A stretch of 64,000 nucleotides of DNA from the NCBI GenBank assembly GCA_964399075.1, contig CAYNPK010000001.1, positions 268,400 through 332,399 of the forward strand, in the 5' to 3' direction. The translations under genes and the position numbers were made by a program. This document shows positions 49,882-59,626 of this stretch, piece by piece (the first letter of the stretch is position 1; each line of letters starts with the position of its first letter). The notes under the pieces were generated by a model. That model ran no database searches. It worked only from the letters and a program-made list of their open reading frames with translations, and was not told where the DNA came from. Source of the stretch: an uncultured Candidatus Saccharibacteria bacterium. Lineage in GTDB: Bacteria; Patescibacteriota; Minisyncoccia; Phycocordibacterales; JACOZG01.

Positions 49882-50289
49882 TCAAATAGTTGGTGGCGTG
49901 GGTTCAGACTCTGGTTCAGATTCCGGCTCGGATTTAGTTACAACAGTTTGAACATTACGCATGGCCCGTCGAACTTCTTTGGCAAACTTATCACGAATAT
50001 AATAAAGCTTACTTCGACGAACCTTAGCTCGACGCAAGACTTCCACCCGATCGATTAGTGGCGAATACAGAGGAAAAATTTTTTCCACCCCCACTCCGGA
50101 GGCTACTTTACGAACAGTAAAGGTCGCCCCAGGTTCAGCGCCATGCTTCCTAGCGATGACCAAACCCTCGAAGGCTTGCAGGCGAGTTTTGCCCTTCTCT
50201 TGGATTTTCTGCCAGACTCGAACAGTATTCCCAGCGGAAATATCCAAGGCGCGTCGCTTCTCTATATCAATAGGAGAAAACTTAATCAT
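49882..50289 (-). CDS. rplS: 50S ribosomal protein L19
   Basis: RLQAFEGLVIA, TFTVRKVASGVGVEKIFPLYSP and VRRSKLYYIR. Confidence 0.97.
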   Translation of the reverse strand: MIKFSPIDIEKRRALDISAGNTVRVWQKIQEKGKTRLQAFEGLVIARKHGAEPGATFTVRKVASGVGVEKIFPLYSPLIDRVEVLRRAKVRRSKLYYIRDKFAKEVRRAMRNVQTVVTKSEPESEPESEPTPPTI

Positions 50290-50403
50290 ACGAGATTAAA
50301 ATTTAGCATAAGCCTATCAAATTAGCAAGTGGGGTAAAAAAGGAAGACCCCGGGCCTTATTTCGGCGCGGGGTCTTAGGGGGTGGGAGATCAACAGTCAG
50401 AGA

Positions 50404-50610
50404 TCAGTGGCTCTGGGGAACAGCCGTCGCCCTTGACTCACCGGATAGCACAGCCAAGGATGGCAGGCCATCAACCTGACTTCGTGGCACAACCACCCAG
50501 CTACCGTCGATAAGCCCCTTGATCACTCGATCTCTGGTTCCCTCATCGGGGCCAAGTGATTCGATCAGGGCCCGAAAGGTTGCGGTGGTAAACTCATCAC
50601 CCTTCATCAT
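50404..50610 (-). CDS. Small orphan protein
   Basis: AAGGAG SD before ATG 50610 and a hairpin terminator at 50344-50376. Confidence 0.5.
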   Translation of the reverse strand: MMKGDEFTTATFRALIESLGPDEGTRDRVIKGLIDGSWVVVPRSQVDGLPSLAVLSGESRATAVPQSH

Positions 50611-50688
50611 CAATCTCCTTTTGTATGAACCACAAAACACATAGACCATTAAACTCTAACACTGATCATAAAGTAAATTTGATCGCTG

Positions 50689-51378
50689 TCAATCAGAAGG
50701 GGAAAGGGAACGTAGTCGCTTCAACACTCCAGCAAGATCATCTGGAAGCGCAGATTCAATTTTAAGCACCTTACCGGCTGGTGAAATAAATTCCACACTA
50801 GTGGCGTGGAGAGCTTGGCGATTAAGAACAAAAGGAAGATTGGCTAGTTGATGAACTGGAGAATAGAGAGCGTCGCCAACGATGGGGTAACCAATGGCCT
50901 TGAAGTGAACTCGGATCTGGTGAGTCCGACCAGTTTTGGGCCAAGCCTCAACCATCGAGTAATCACCCAAGTTCTCTAAGACACTATACTCTGTCACCGC
51001 CTCGCGCAATTTACCAACCGCTCCCCGACCGGCAATTCGTCGTCGCGGATCCCTGCGACTCCGACCAACAGGCAAATCAATTATTCCGCCCGGTGGCTGA
51101 CCGAAGACTAAAGCTAAATATCTTTTCTTAATCCCGTCGGTCTGAAATAATTTCTTAAAATAATCATGGACTATTTGATTTTTAGCGATAAGTAGCACGC
51201 CAGTTGTGTCCTTATCTAGACGATGAGCCAATTGAGCGGTGGGATATTTCTCCAGTAACCAATCAGCTATCGTTACCTCTCCAGCAGGAGTAAATTGATC
51301 ACGATGAACAACTACCCCGGCCGGCTTGTCAACCGCCAAAATATCTTCGTCTTCATAAATAATTTTTAGCGTTAACAC
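50689..51378 (-). CDS. RluA-family pseudouridine synthase
   Basis: DKPAGVVVH, HRLDKDTTGVL, TGRTHQIRVH, GDALY and ALHA. Confidence 0.93.
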   Translation of the reverse strand: MLTLKIIYEDEDILAVDKPAGVVVHRDQFTPAGEVTIADWLLEKYPTAQLAHRLDKDTTGVLLIAKNQIVHDYFKKLFQTDGIKKRYLALVFGQPPGGIIDLPVGRSRRDPRRRIAGRGAVGKLREAVTEYSVLENLGDYSMVEAWPKTGRTHQIRVHFKAIGYPIVGDALYSPVHQLANLPFVLNRQALHATSVEFISPAGKVLKIESALPDDLAGVLKRLRSLSPSD

Positions 51379-51382
51379 TTAG

Positions 51383-51455
51383 TGGGCGATGCAGGACTCG
51401 AACCTGCGACCTACCCGGTGTAAACGGGTTGCTCTGCCAACTGAGCTAATCGCCC
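51383..51455 (-). tRNA. tRNA-Val(TAC)
   Basis: Anticodon arm ACCCG-TT-TAC-AC-CGGGT. Confidence 0.93.
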
Positions 51456-51500
51456 AACCATTTAACAATACCGAAATGGTAATTAAATGCAATATGCTGA

Positions 51501-51572
51501 TGCTCTCGGTAGGAATCGAACCTACATTAAGGGATTAGAAGTCCCTCGTTCTATCCATTGAACTACGAGAGC
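51501..51572 (-). tRNA. tRNA-Arg(TCT)
   Basis: Anticodon arm AGGGA-CT-TCT-AA-TCCCT. Confidence 0.93.
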
Positions 51573-51606
51573 TTAATTAATGACTATCATTTTGACTATA
51601 GGCTAC

Positions 51607-51948
51607 TTACAGCGCCGGGTCAACAATAGTCAGCACTGAATCCAAAAGTGACTGGTAACGCTCATCTCGGCCCTCAAGATATTGTACCAAATGTTCCAGA
51701 TCTCGCTCTAAAGAGAGCGTTGGAGCGGTGGGTAACGGAACTGAAGCTAAATCTGATTGCGAAGAATGCCAGCGCCAAAAAATCCAAGTAGCTAGGAGTA
51801 ATAAAACTAAGAGACTAATAAACCAAAGCACTAGCAACCGTCGCCAGTCGCGAATGGGGTTGATAACCAACTTCAGATGGTCACGGTTGCGCCAGTTATC
51901 AAAACAACAAGGCCATTTAGGAAAATCGATTGATTTATTCATTGTCAT
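51607..51948 (-). CDS. Single-TM protein in pilMNO operon
   Basis: Overlaps the pilO-like stop, with NPIRDWRRLL, a TM helix and VDP near the C-terminus. Confidence 0.55.
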   Translation of the reverse strand: MTMNKSIDFPKWPCCFDNWRNRDHLKLVINPIRDWRRLLVLWFISLLVLLLLATWIFWRWHSSQSDLASVPLPTAPTLSLERDLEHLVQYLEGRDERYQSLLDSVLTIVDPAL

Positions 51949-52495
51949 TATCCCAACTTAATAATTCCAAAACAAAATTTGCCGTCCACCGATGCGCCTC
52001 AGCCTCAATAATCGGCTCTGATCGCAACACTGTTTGAGTTAAACGTACCTTGTGAGGCAAACTCTCCAGTAAACTAAAGAAGTGTTGGAGATTAGCAAAA
52101 GATCCACCAGCTTGAGCCCGCAAAACTACTGTTTTCGGACCCTCTTCATTAATTGTTGCGGCCGTCATAGTGAAATTAAGATCCAATCCTGTTGCTAATT
52201 GTTCTAAACGTTCAATAAAAAATGGCAGGGTCTGATCGGTGACAAAGTAAGGTTTAAGCGTCGACTCCGCGACCTCAAGCTGTCCCATCAATGATCGCAA
52301 AGACAACAATTCATCTTTCTCAACCTTAATCAACGCCAACTTCTCTCGAGAAGAGATAATATTCGACTTCTCTCTCTCAAGACTCCAAACCAAGAAAGCC
52401 ACCGAAGCTAAACCGATAAGGCAGATAGCCACAACCCAAAGCCCCAGAGACGAGCTGGGGGAAATTTTTGATTGTGAATTTCTAAATGGGGTCAT
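51935..52495 (-). CDS. PilO-like type IV pilus assembly protein
   Basis: TM helix, coiled coil and GSFANLQHFFSLLESLP. It is third in the pilM operon. Confidence 0.7.
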   Translation of the reverse strand: MTPFRNSQSKISPSSSLGLWVVAICLIGLASVAFLVWSLEREKSNIISSREKLALIKVEKDELLSLRSLMGQLEVAESTLKPYFVTDQTLPFFIERLEQLATGLDLNFTMTAATINEEGPKTVVLRAQAGGSFANLQHFFSLLESLPHKVRLTQTVLRSEPIIEAEAHRWTANFVLELLSWDNDNE

Positions 52496-53030
52496 GGATA
52501 TTGATAATAATAACAAAAGGGCTGGCTCTATCTTTAATCAAATTGGAAACTGGTGATTCAATCGTAGTGAAAACGTCATCGCCATCGAGAATAGCCACGA
52601 AGTCAAGTAGATTTTGACGCCAATCAGAAAAGCCTTCAAGTCTAAGATTGACCTCGTCGACCCCAACTCTCTCATAATTAAACTGGGTAATTTTTACCCC
52701 TTCCGGCAATTGATTAATAATTCTCTCTAACAAAAAAGACAGCTCCAGAGAGGGCGAAATCGCTTCCAAAATAATTCCACTTCGCTGTTTCAAATCAGTA
52801 ACTCTGGACTTAAGCTCTTCCGATTCGGCACTAGAAACTGCCGAGCGTTCGGCTTGTAAAGCGCGCTCCAGCGCCACAGCATCAGCTTTGATTAAAACAT
52901 AAGCCGTGGCTAGTAAAATTAAGATGATAATAACGAGAGAGAGAAATAAACCAACAGCAACTAACCGACGACGAGAGAGATAGTCGTGGAAAACCTGTTT
53001 GATTTTTTCTGGCGGTAATAAATTAATCAT
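52482..53030 (-). CDS. PilN-like type IV pilus assembly protein
   Basis: MINLLP motif, TM helix and LPEGVKIT. Confidence 0.78.
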   Translation of the reverse strand: MINLLPPEKIKQVFHDYLSRRRLVAVGLFLSLVIIILILLATAYVLIKADAVALERALQAERSAVSSAESEELKSRVTDLKQRSGIILEAISPSLELSFLLERIINQLPEGVKITQFNYERVGVDEVNLRLEGFSDWRQNLLDFVAILDGDDVFTTIESPVSNLIKDRASPFVIIINIHDPI

Positions 53031-54120
53031 GATAAAAATTCTTCAAAGCCAAACCAATAGCGGTAACATACTTTAGCGACTCATTAAGGTGGAGAGGTGG
53101 CACCAATTGCTTAGAGTCAAACATGTTGGTCCAAGCATTACCCAACTCCACTGGCAAATCTAAATTTCCACCAAGATATTCCAATAAACCTGGCAAAGTA
53201 GATTGTCCACCACAAATGATAATTCGATCTATTGGTTTACCCGATTGATAAACCAAACCACGATGACTATCCCAGAAATTATGAAAGCGAGCAATCTCAT
53301 CTCGCAAAACAGAAATAATCGGCGCTAAAATAGCTAAAGTCTTAGTGTTGCCGTTAGTAATTAAAATGCCATGCTTCATTTTATAATCCTCGGCTTCGGC
53401 AAAAGAAAAATTAAGATTTTTTTGCAAAGCGTTAGTAATAAGATCACCACCAACATTAGAAACCGTGGAAGTTAGTAACACCGACCTGCCAGAGACCACG
53501 AAAAAGCTAGTCCGAGTGCGTCCGATATCAGTAATCAAAAAGGTTTTATTAGTTCTCTCTATCTGGACCAGAGCACGAGCAATAGCGTGAGTCTCAATCT
53601 CACTACTAAGTGGCGTCAATCCAGCGTCCGTAATTACCTCAACGTAATCTTCCACTTCACGCCTGGGAAAAACAGAAACCGCCAATTGATATTGACGACT
53701 CTTATCTGTTGCTGATTCACTAATGATCTCGTAATCAAACAACACTTGTGCCACCGGTAGAGGCACATGTTCTTCTAATTGCAATTCAATACTCTGACGC
53801 AAATCATGCCGATTGAGCGCCGGCAAAGCAAGTTTGACGATGTAAGCCCGTTCTTCCGGCAAAGCAAAGTGGACGTAATTCAAATGATACTTCTCTCTAA
53901 GCTTAACCAGAGCCTGCTTAAGTGCCATCTTGTCTTTAATTTGCCCCAACTCCAGAACTCCCGGCGAGATCGCCTCTTCGCCAAAGGTAGCTAGTTGAAA
54001 ATATTGAGAACTAGGAACAACGTCAACAAATTTAACCGAGCGGTCAGAAATATCCAAACCGCTTGCGCGCATCTGCAAATATTTCGGTGGTGGAAAAAAT
54101 TTCATCAAGACACCTGACAT
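53023..54120 (-). CDS. pilM: Type IV pilus assembly protein PilM
   Basis: GLDISDRSVK, DIGRTRT, ICGGQSTLPGL and TAIGLAL (actin-like fold). Confidence 0.9.
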   Translation of the reverse strand: MSGVLMKFFPPPKYLQMRASGLDISDRSVKFVDVVPSSQYFQLATFGEEAISPGVLELGQIKDKMALKQALVKLREKYHLNYVHFALPEERAYIVKLALPALNRHDLRQSIELQLEEHVPLPVAQVLFDYEIISESATDKSRQYQLAVSVFPRREVEDYVEVITDAGLTPLSSEIETHAIARALVQIERTNKTFLITDIGRTRTSFFVVSGRSVLLTSTVSNVGGDLITNALQKNLNFSFAEAEDYKMKHGILITNGNTKTLAILAPIISVLRDEIARFHNFWDSHRGLVYQSGKPIDRIIICGGQSTLPGLLEYLGGNLDLPVELGNAWTNMFDSKQLVPPLHLNESLKYVTAIGLALKNFYHD

Positions 54121-54169
54121 CGTGAGTTCATTATAACAATCAAGTGGAACTTATGCACTTATGTGAACA

Positions 54170-57100
54170 TTACAAATCACCTTCCAACTTATTCGTCCCC
54201 CGTCCTGAATCCAGAATTTTGCCAACTTGATTGCGAACCCCCACTAAATCCAAGATATCAATCACACCGTCACGATTGATATCATAGAAGAAGTTAGTCG
54301 AATCAAGTTTTTGATTAAAACTGTCTCGGACTTTAATCAAATCACTCTGATCAACTTTACCATCCTGATTAACATCACCCAAGAGGGCGCCGACCTGCCA
54401 AGTGGGCGATAATCCGCCATCTTCCGCCACTAAGAGATTGCCAGAAGGATCAGTTAGATTTTGGAGTCGAATAGTGACAATCTGACCATCAGGAATCTCT
54501 TTGAGTTTCAAAACTAGTTCACCCAAACCTTCGCGGACTCGATGATTCATGATTTCTATAGACTGAATCAAATCATTGCGCACCACGGAGGGGTAACCTA
54601 AAGACAAGCTAACCGTATCTTTAGAAACCTGATTGGGGGTTGGTGTAACTAATTCATTAAAGACGAAACTAATCTCTTGGGGTCCAAGTTGGCGAGGCTC
54701 TACTGTTAATTGCCTCATTGTTAAATCTATGGGGAAAGTGAAGGTTCTCCCATCAAGAGAAATGTGTTTGAGGAGAGATCGAGCAAATTTTTCTACTCTA
54801 GGTTGAATAGTATCCGGCTTACCAATGGTAATATTTACCACAGACGACTCGGCTTTGTTTCCAGCAGCGTCATAAGCCTTAGCTTGGAGAGAAAATCGTG
54901 AATTAGGGGCAGGTGGAGTGGAAGTGTCCCAAACAAATTTGTAAGGGAAAGTGTCAACAGAATCAACCAATTGACCATCAATATAAAGCTCTACCTTGGT
55001 AACCATCACATCATCAGTGGCCATAATTTCTACCACTGGACGATCTGAATAATTAAAGAGGTCACCATTTTTGGGATCCAAAATACTCACCTCTGGTGGT
55101 TCTTGATCATTTTCTTCGAGTTCGAGTAAGTAGATTTGAGGATAGTCATGGCGATAATCAGCCCAAACAAATTTGTTGCCATCAAGATTGGGATTCACGT
55201 GACCAGAAGACGGATAACGGTAAACAATATTTTCTATCCCAGTGGCTAAATTATACGAAAAAAGAGCAGATCCCCCCGAAACAGGCGCCCGCCACAAGAC
55301 ACGCCCAGAATCAATGAGGGGAAGAGATTGATCAGACGAAGTTGGAGATAAACGACGCTCTTCCTTAGAAATTAAATCATACAAATAAATTTGATAATAA
55401 TAATTCCGATCATCCCCCCAAACCACCTTATTACCACTAATATCGGGGCTATATTTACTGGCATTTGGAGGAGGTGGGGGCAATAATTCTTCAGCGCCAG
55501 TATTTAAATCATGTACATGGACCTTTTGATTTGATGACATGTATACCATTTTATTACCATCGCGACGAATAACCTGACTCCAACTCAAACCCGTTGGTGT
55601 TTCCAAAATTCGTTCAGTATTAGTGTTTAAATCATACAAGGCAAATTGATAATCATATCTGGGATAAGGAGAAGGTTGCGTCCAAATGACTAAATGATCT
55701 TTAATAGTGGGGAGCCAATAGCTACGTCCGGGTTCAGAAGAAGAAATAACCCGACTAGTGTTTGTACTCAAGTCATAAACACGAAGATCTGTAGAACTGT
55801 TATACGGTGATCCAACATAGTCCAACCACACTACTTTATCACCGTCAATAGAGGGATAAAATTGCTGCCTTACTGAGGCATCGGGAAATAAGCGACGCTC
55901 GGTTCCAGTTTTTAAATCATAAAGATAAATTTGTGCATTACCATGACGAGAGTCCGACCAAACCACCTTATCACCATCAACATCTGGCCAAGCTTGATTT
56001 GAAGAAGTTGGCGATAGTCGGCGAGCGCCTCCCCTATCTATCCACACATCATAAATCTGGAATTGGGAAATACGACCAGCAGTATCGCGAGCGGTAACTC
56101 TGATAGTGTAATAAGCAGATTCCAAATTAAGACCTTGTTTCTGGTTAATATCATTTAGATCTATTCTAGCCAAGAGACTGTTATTGGATAGAGGTTGAGT
56201 AGAGCCAGATACCGGCACATTAACCCATTCCAGAGTCTTGGGTGAATCAGAAGAGGTGCCCATTTGTCGACTAATCTCCACGGTATGACGAGAGAAATTG
56301 GAGCCGGTGATCTTGCCCTTGAGATTGACTATCGAGTCGGTCTGGATGGTGCGACTCTTGGGCTCGGTAATGATGGGTGCCAGGGGTCTAGTTCCCGCTT
56401 GTTTATGATCATCAGCTAGTTTGAGAGAATTAAAAATGTTAATCAAACCATAGCCAGTATCAATATCTTTACCGGGGGGACCAATATCTTCGGATCCCTG
56501 TCTCATCAACTGCCTGACTTCCTCATTGGTTAAATTAGGGTTATGAGACCAGATTAGGGCTGCCAAACCAGCGACATGAGGCGTGGCCATGGAGGTGCCA
56601 GTCATTATGCAATAATTAGCTATCTTCAAATTATAATTAGGGGGGCAATCAAAAGATATTGCGGATTTAAGAGAAAGAATTGATTCTCCAGGTGCAGTTA
56701 ATTCTATTTTATCAGCTCTCTGGTGAGGCTCGCCACGCCTGGGAAAATACATGTTAAAATCTATGGTATCAACACTTATCACTAAATCAAGAGCGCTTGG
56801 GTCATAATCTAGAATCGTGTAAGACGGTAGATTCGGAGCACTGGCAACGATAAGCATTCCCTTATTGTGTTGATATTTGATCGCATCTACTATTGCCCTA
56901 CTTCGCCCAATACCATAATAACTATTGTTAGAAATTTTAGCTCCCATATCAGCAGCATATTGGAGAGCTCTGACAATGGCGACAAGGGAGAAGGAACCCT
57001 CCGCGCCACTATGCACATTTAACGCCATGACCTTTCCTTGCCAACTAACGCCAACCACGCCAAGCTCATTGTTGCCAGTAGCGCCAATGATCCCTGCCAC

Positions 57101-58042
57101 ATGAGTACCGTGACCAATATGGTCTACGGGGTCATTATTATTATCACCAAAATTCCAGCCATAATAGTCATCAATGTAGCCGTTGCCGTCATCATCAATC
57201 CCGTTACCAGGGATCTCACCGGGATTGGTCCAAATATTATCTTTAATATCGGGATGGCGATAGTCAACCCCGCTGTCAATCACCGCTACAATGATATCTT
57301 CCGAGCCGGTGGTAAAGCCCCAGCCTTCTTCGGCGTCAATTCTTTTCAAGCCCCAGAGATCTTCAATGCGAGAATTTACATTACCAGAAGAAAGCCAGAA
57401 GGGGTCATTGGGCGTGGCGGAGGCGGTGAGCTCAGCTAGGTAATTGGGTTCAACGACTTCGATATTGGGATCAGCATGGTAATCAGCCAGAACTTGCGCG
57501 AAGTTAAGCACCGGTTGGCTAATCTTGTTATCAGTAGAAATTTTGGGTTGCAATCTCTCTGGCATGTCACTAGTCTGGAATTGAGAGGGAGTAGCTAAGG
57601 ACTTTAGGTCTTGGACTCCAGAGGGTAGAGATAGAGTAGTGCTGGGGCCGGGCAAGGTTAGGATGTAATAATCAAAGAGCGGGTCAGAGAGGTCAGAACT
57701 GGGCATGGGCACCGCTAAGCGTTCTAACTTACTGGCTTGATACTTAGCATTAAGTTGCCTTAAGGAATTGAGACTAGTATCGGCAGAGGTGGATTTAGTG
57801 CCAAGTTTACTCTTGGCTTCTTTGGTAAACTTGATAATGATTTGATTACTTAAGAATTGAGCTGGAGCCGGTTCTCCCTTAGTGGGAGTGGCGAGGGTGC
57901 CAAGTGAGGCTGGAGCTTGATGGCGATCAAAGAGGCTGAATAGTTGATCAAGTGCCGGTGGTTTAAACCAGATTAATAAAGTGATAAAGATAATAGCGAG
58001 AATGAGAAGAATCAGTAACAGAGTGCGGATACGATGAGACAT
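54170..58042 (-). CDS. Membrane-anchored S8 subtilisin-like protease with beta-propeller repeats, Ig-like domain and dockerin-like tail
   Basis: VAVIDSG, GHGTHVAG and GTSMATPHVAG; repeated P.I.G.KVVW.D.R...IYLYDL; GDVNQDGKVD...DINRDGVIDILD. Confidence 0.9.
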   Translation of the reverse strand: MSHRIRTLLLILLILAIIFITLLIWFKPPALDQLFSLFDRHQAPASLGTLATPTKGEPAPAQFLSNQIIIKFTKEAKSKLGTKSTSADTSLNSLRQLNAKYQASKLERLAVPMPSSDLSDPLFDYYILTLPGPSTTLSLPSGVQDLKSLATPSQFQTSDMPERLQPKISTDNKISQPVLNFAQVLADYHADPNIEVVEPNYLAELTASATPNDPFWLSSGNVNSRIEDLWGLKRIDAEEGWGFTTGSEDIIVAVIDSGVDYRHPDIKDNIWTNPGEIPGNGIDDDGNGYIDDYYGWNFGDNNNDPVDHIGHGTHVAGIIGATGNNELGVVGVSWQGKVMALNVHSGAEGSFSLVAIVRALQYAADMGAKISNNSYYGIGRSRAIVDAIKYQHNKGMLIVASAPNLPSYTILDYDPSALDLVISVDTIDFNMYFPRRGEPHQRADKIELTAPGESILSLKSAISFDCPPNYNLKIANYCIMTGTSMATPHVAGLAALIWSHNPNLTNEEVRQLMRQGSEDIGPPGKDIDTGYGLINIFNSLKLADDHKQAGTRPLAPIITEPKSRTIQTDSIVNLKGKITGSNFSRHTVEISRQMGTSSDSPKTLEWVNVPVSGSTQPLSNNSLLARIDLNDINQKQGLNLESAYYTIRVTARDTAGRISQFQIYDVWIDRGGARRLSPTSSNQAWPDVDGDKVVWSDSRHGNAQIYLYDLKTGTERRLFPDASVRQQFYPSIDGDKVVWLDYVGSPYNSSTDLRVYDLSTNTSRVISSSEPGRSYWLPTIKDHLVIWTQPSPYPRYDYQFALYDLNTNTERILETPTGLSWSQVIRRDGNKMVYMSSNQKVHVHDLNTGAEELLPPPPPNASKYSPDISGNKVVWGDDRNYYYQIYLYDLISKEERRLSPTSSDQSLPLIDSGRVLWRAPVSGGSALFSYNLATGIENIVYRYPSSGHVNPNLDGNKFVWADYRHDYPQIYLLELEENDQEPPEVSILDPKNGDLFNYSDRPVVEIMATDDVMVTKVELYIDGQLVDSVDTFPYKFVWDTSTPPAPNSRFSLQAKAYDAAGNKAESSVVNITIGKPDTIQPRVEKFARSLLKHISLDGRTFTFPIDLTMRQLTVEPRQLGPQEISFVFNELVTPTPNQVSKDTVSLSLGYPSVVRNDLIQSIEIMNHRVREGLGELVLKLKEIPDGQIVTIRLQNLTDPSGNLLVAEDGGLSPTWQVGALLGDVNQDGKVDQSDLIKVRDSFNQKLDSTNFFYDINRDGVIDILDLVGVRNQVGKILDSGRGTNKLEGDL

Positions 58043-58115
58043 ATTTTATTGATTATTTAATATGTCTTCATTGTAACAAGTGGTGGAGGTGGAGGGCAAG
58101 GATTGGTGTGAGATT

Positions 58116-58520
58116 TTAATGACGCCTATCAATGTAACTCTTTAAAATTAAAGCTGCTGCTGAAGCATCGTTCTCGTCAGTTTCACCTTGAAGTCGTCTA
58201 GCTTCCACACTAGTAAACCACTCCAGTTCGTAATCAATAGGAGTCGATAATGTTTTTTCTAATTTTTGCTTAAATCGCTCAATCTCCAACATAATCGGAT
58301 TTGACTTGCCGGCTAAACTACGAGACTCCCCAATAACCACACCGGCAACTCCTTGCTCCTGACAAATTTTGCTAATCTGCTTAACTAGATTATCAATAGA
58401 AGAATTAGCTAAAACACAAAAAGGCAGAGCGAAATAACCACTTTCGTCTGTGAGAGCCACTCCCACTCGTTTGGCTCCATAATCAATACCTAGTAATCTT
58501 TTGCTTTTACTTTTAATCAT
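58116..58520 (-). CDS. ruvX: YqgF/RuvX family nuclease
   Basis: LLGIDYGAKRVGVALTD, EWFTSVEA and DASAAALILKSY. Confidence 0.9.
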   Translation of the reverse strand: MIKSKSKRLLGIDYGAKRVGVALTDESGYFALPFCVLANSSIDNLVKQISKICQEQGVAGVVIGESRSLAGKSNPIMLEIERFKQKLEKTLSTPIDYELEWFTSVEARRLQGETDENDASAAALILKSYIDRRH

Positions 58521-58544
58521 CTTTAGAGTAAAATAACAAACATT

Positions 58545-58760
58545 ATGGATTTAGTACAATTGCAACAATTAATTGAGGGGCATTTCGTTTTGTTTTCCAT
58601 TTTGATTATTTGGACTATGGTTTGGAAAGGAGTCGCCTTGTGGAAGGCCGCGAGACTCAATCACCGCAAGTGGTTCATCGCCATACTTATCGTCAACAGC
58701 CTTGGCATCTTAGATTTAATTTACATCTTCTTCATTGCTCAACCACGAGAGCGAGAGTAA
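58545..58760 (+). CDS. Small membrane protein (DUF5652-like)
   Basis: WKGVALWKAAR...WFIAILIVNSLGILDLIYIF. Confidence 0.75.
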   Translation: MDLVQLQQLIEGHFVLFSILIIWTMVWKGVALWKAARLNHRKWFIAILIVNSLGILDLIYIFFIAQPRERE

Positions 58761-59617
58761 GCCCATTCACCAAGCCAAGTTAACAAAATTCCCAAAATAA
58801 ATAATAATAAAGCGTAATAAATTAAATTATTATTACTAATACTAAATTCTCTAAGACCCTGCCCGGGCCAAATTTTCCTTATTGAGCCACTCATCAGACC
58901 AGCTAAAATAACAATGACTAAATCGTGATAATGGCGCAAGAGCCACAACAAGCCACGGACAAAGAAGGCTAAGCCAATAATCCCACCGGAAATAAATACT
59001 ACTAAAACAAACAAATCACGTTCAGCCACGGCTCTCAAGATAAATTCATATTTGCCCAACAGCAACAAGACAAAGGAACCAGAAATACCGGGCAAAATCA
59101 TCACCGAAAAAGCAATTAAACCACTCAAAAAAATCGTCAAATTATCAGTTGGAGTTTCTATAGGAATAATCCCCACAAAGTAATAAGCAGAAATTAAGCT
59201 TAAAATGAAGAGGGGGAGATAACTTATTCTCCAGCGTTGAACCCGTCGCAGGACCACAACGATAGAAGCTAGAACTAGTCCAAAGAAAAAAGATTTGATG
59301 AGAATAGGTTGCGTCTGCCACAACCAAACAAAGGTTGGCGCCAAACCAAACACGGCGGTGAGTAATCCTAAACCCAAAGGGACAATGAAGCCAAAAGGAA
59401 TTTCCTGATAGGCGCGACGGAAATTAAAAGCTACTAAACTTCGGGGAACAATGCCGGTAATAGTCTTAATGAAAGCGAGCAAATTCTCATAAATCCCGAA
59501 AACAAAAGCAATAGTACCACCAGAAACACCGGGAACCAGATCGGCCATCCCCATCACAAAACCGGTAAAATAAAATCTTAAGGTTTTAAAAATGATTTTT
59601 GATTTATTTACATTCAT
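58739..59617 (-). CDS. DUF368 family membrane protein (undecaprenyl-phosphate translocase family)
   Basis: GMADLVPGVSGGTIA and MILPGISGSFVLLLLG. Confidence 0.9.
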   Translation of the reverse strand: MNVNKSKIIFKTLRFYFTGFVMGMADLVPGVSGGTIAFVFGIYENLLAFIKTITGIVPRSLVAFNFRRAYQEIPFGFIVPLGLGLLTAVFGLAPTFVWLWQTQPILIKSFFFGLVLASIVVVLRRVQRWRISYLPLFILSLISAYYFVGIIPIETPTDNLTIFLSGLIAFSVMILPGISGSFVLLLLGKYEFILRAVAERDLFVLVVFISGGIIGLAFFVRGLLWLLRHYHDLVIVILAGLMSGSIRKIWPGQGLREFSISNNNLIYYALLLFILGILLTWLGEWAYSRSRG

Positions 59618-59626
59618 GACTATTGA

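Noticed and set aside
49895-49935. Short tandem repeats (SEPE in rplS; IDKE and DNQ in rpsF)
   Set aside because: They are low-complexity disordered tails with no spacer structure, so not a CRISPR or a functional array.
7355-50376. Similar hairpins ccccg(c/g)gcc...ttcggcgcgggg at 7358 and 50348 as a REP/MITE family
   Set aside because: There are only two short copies, both at gene 3' ends, which fits ordinary terminators.
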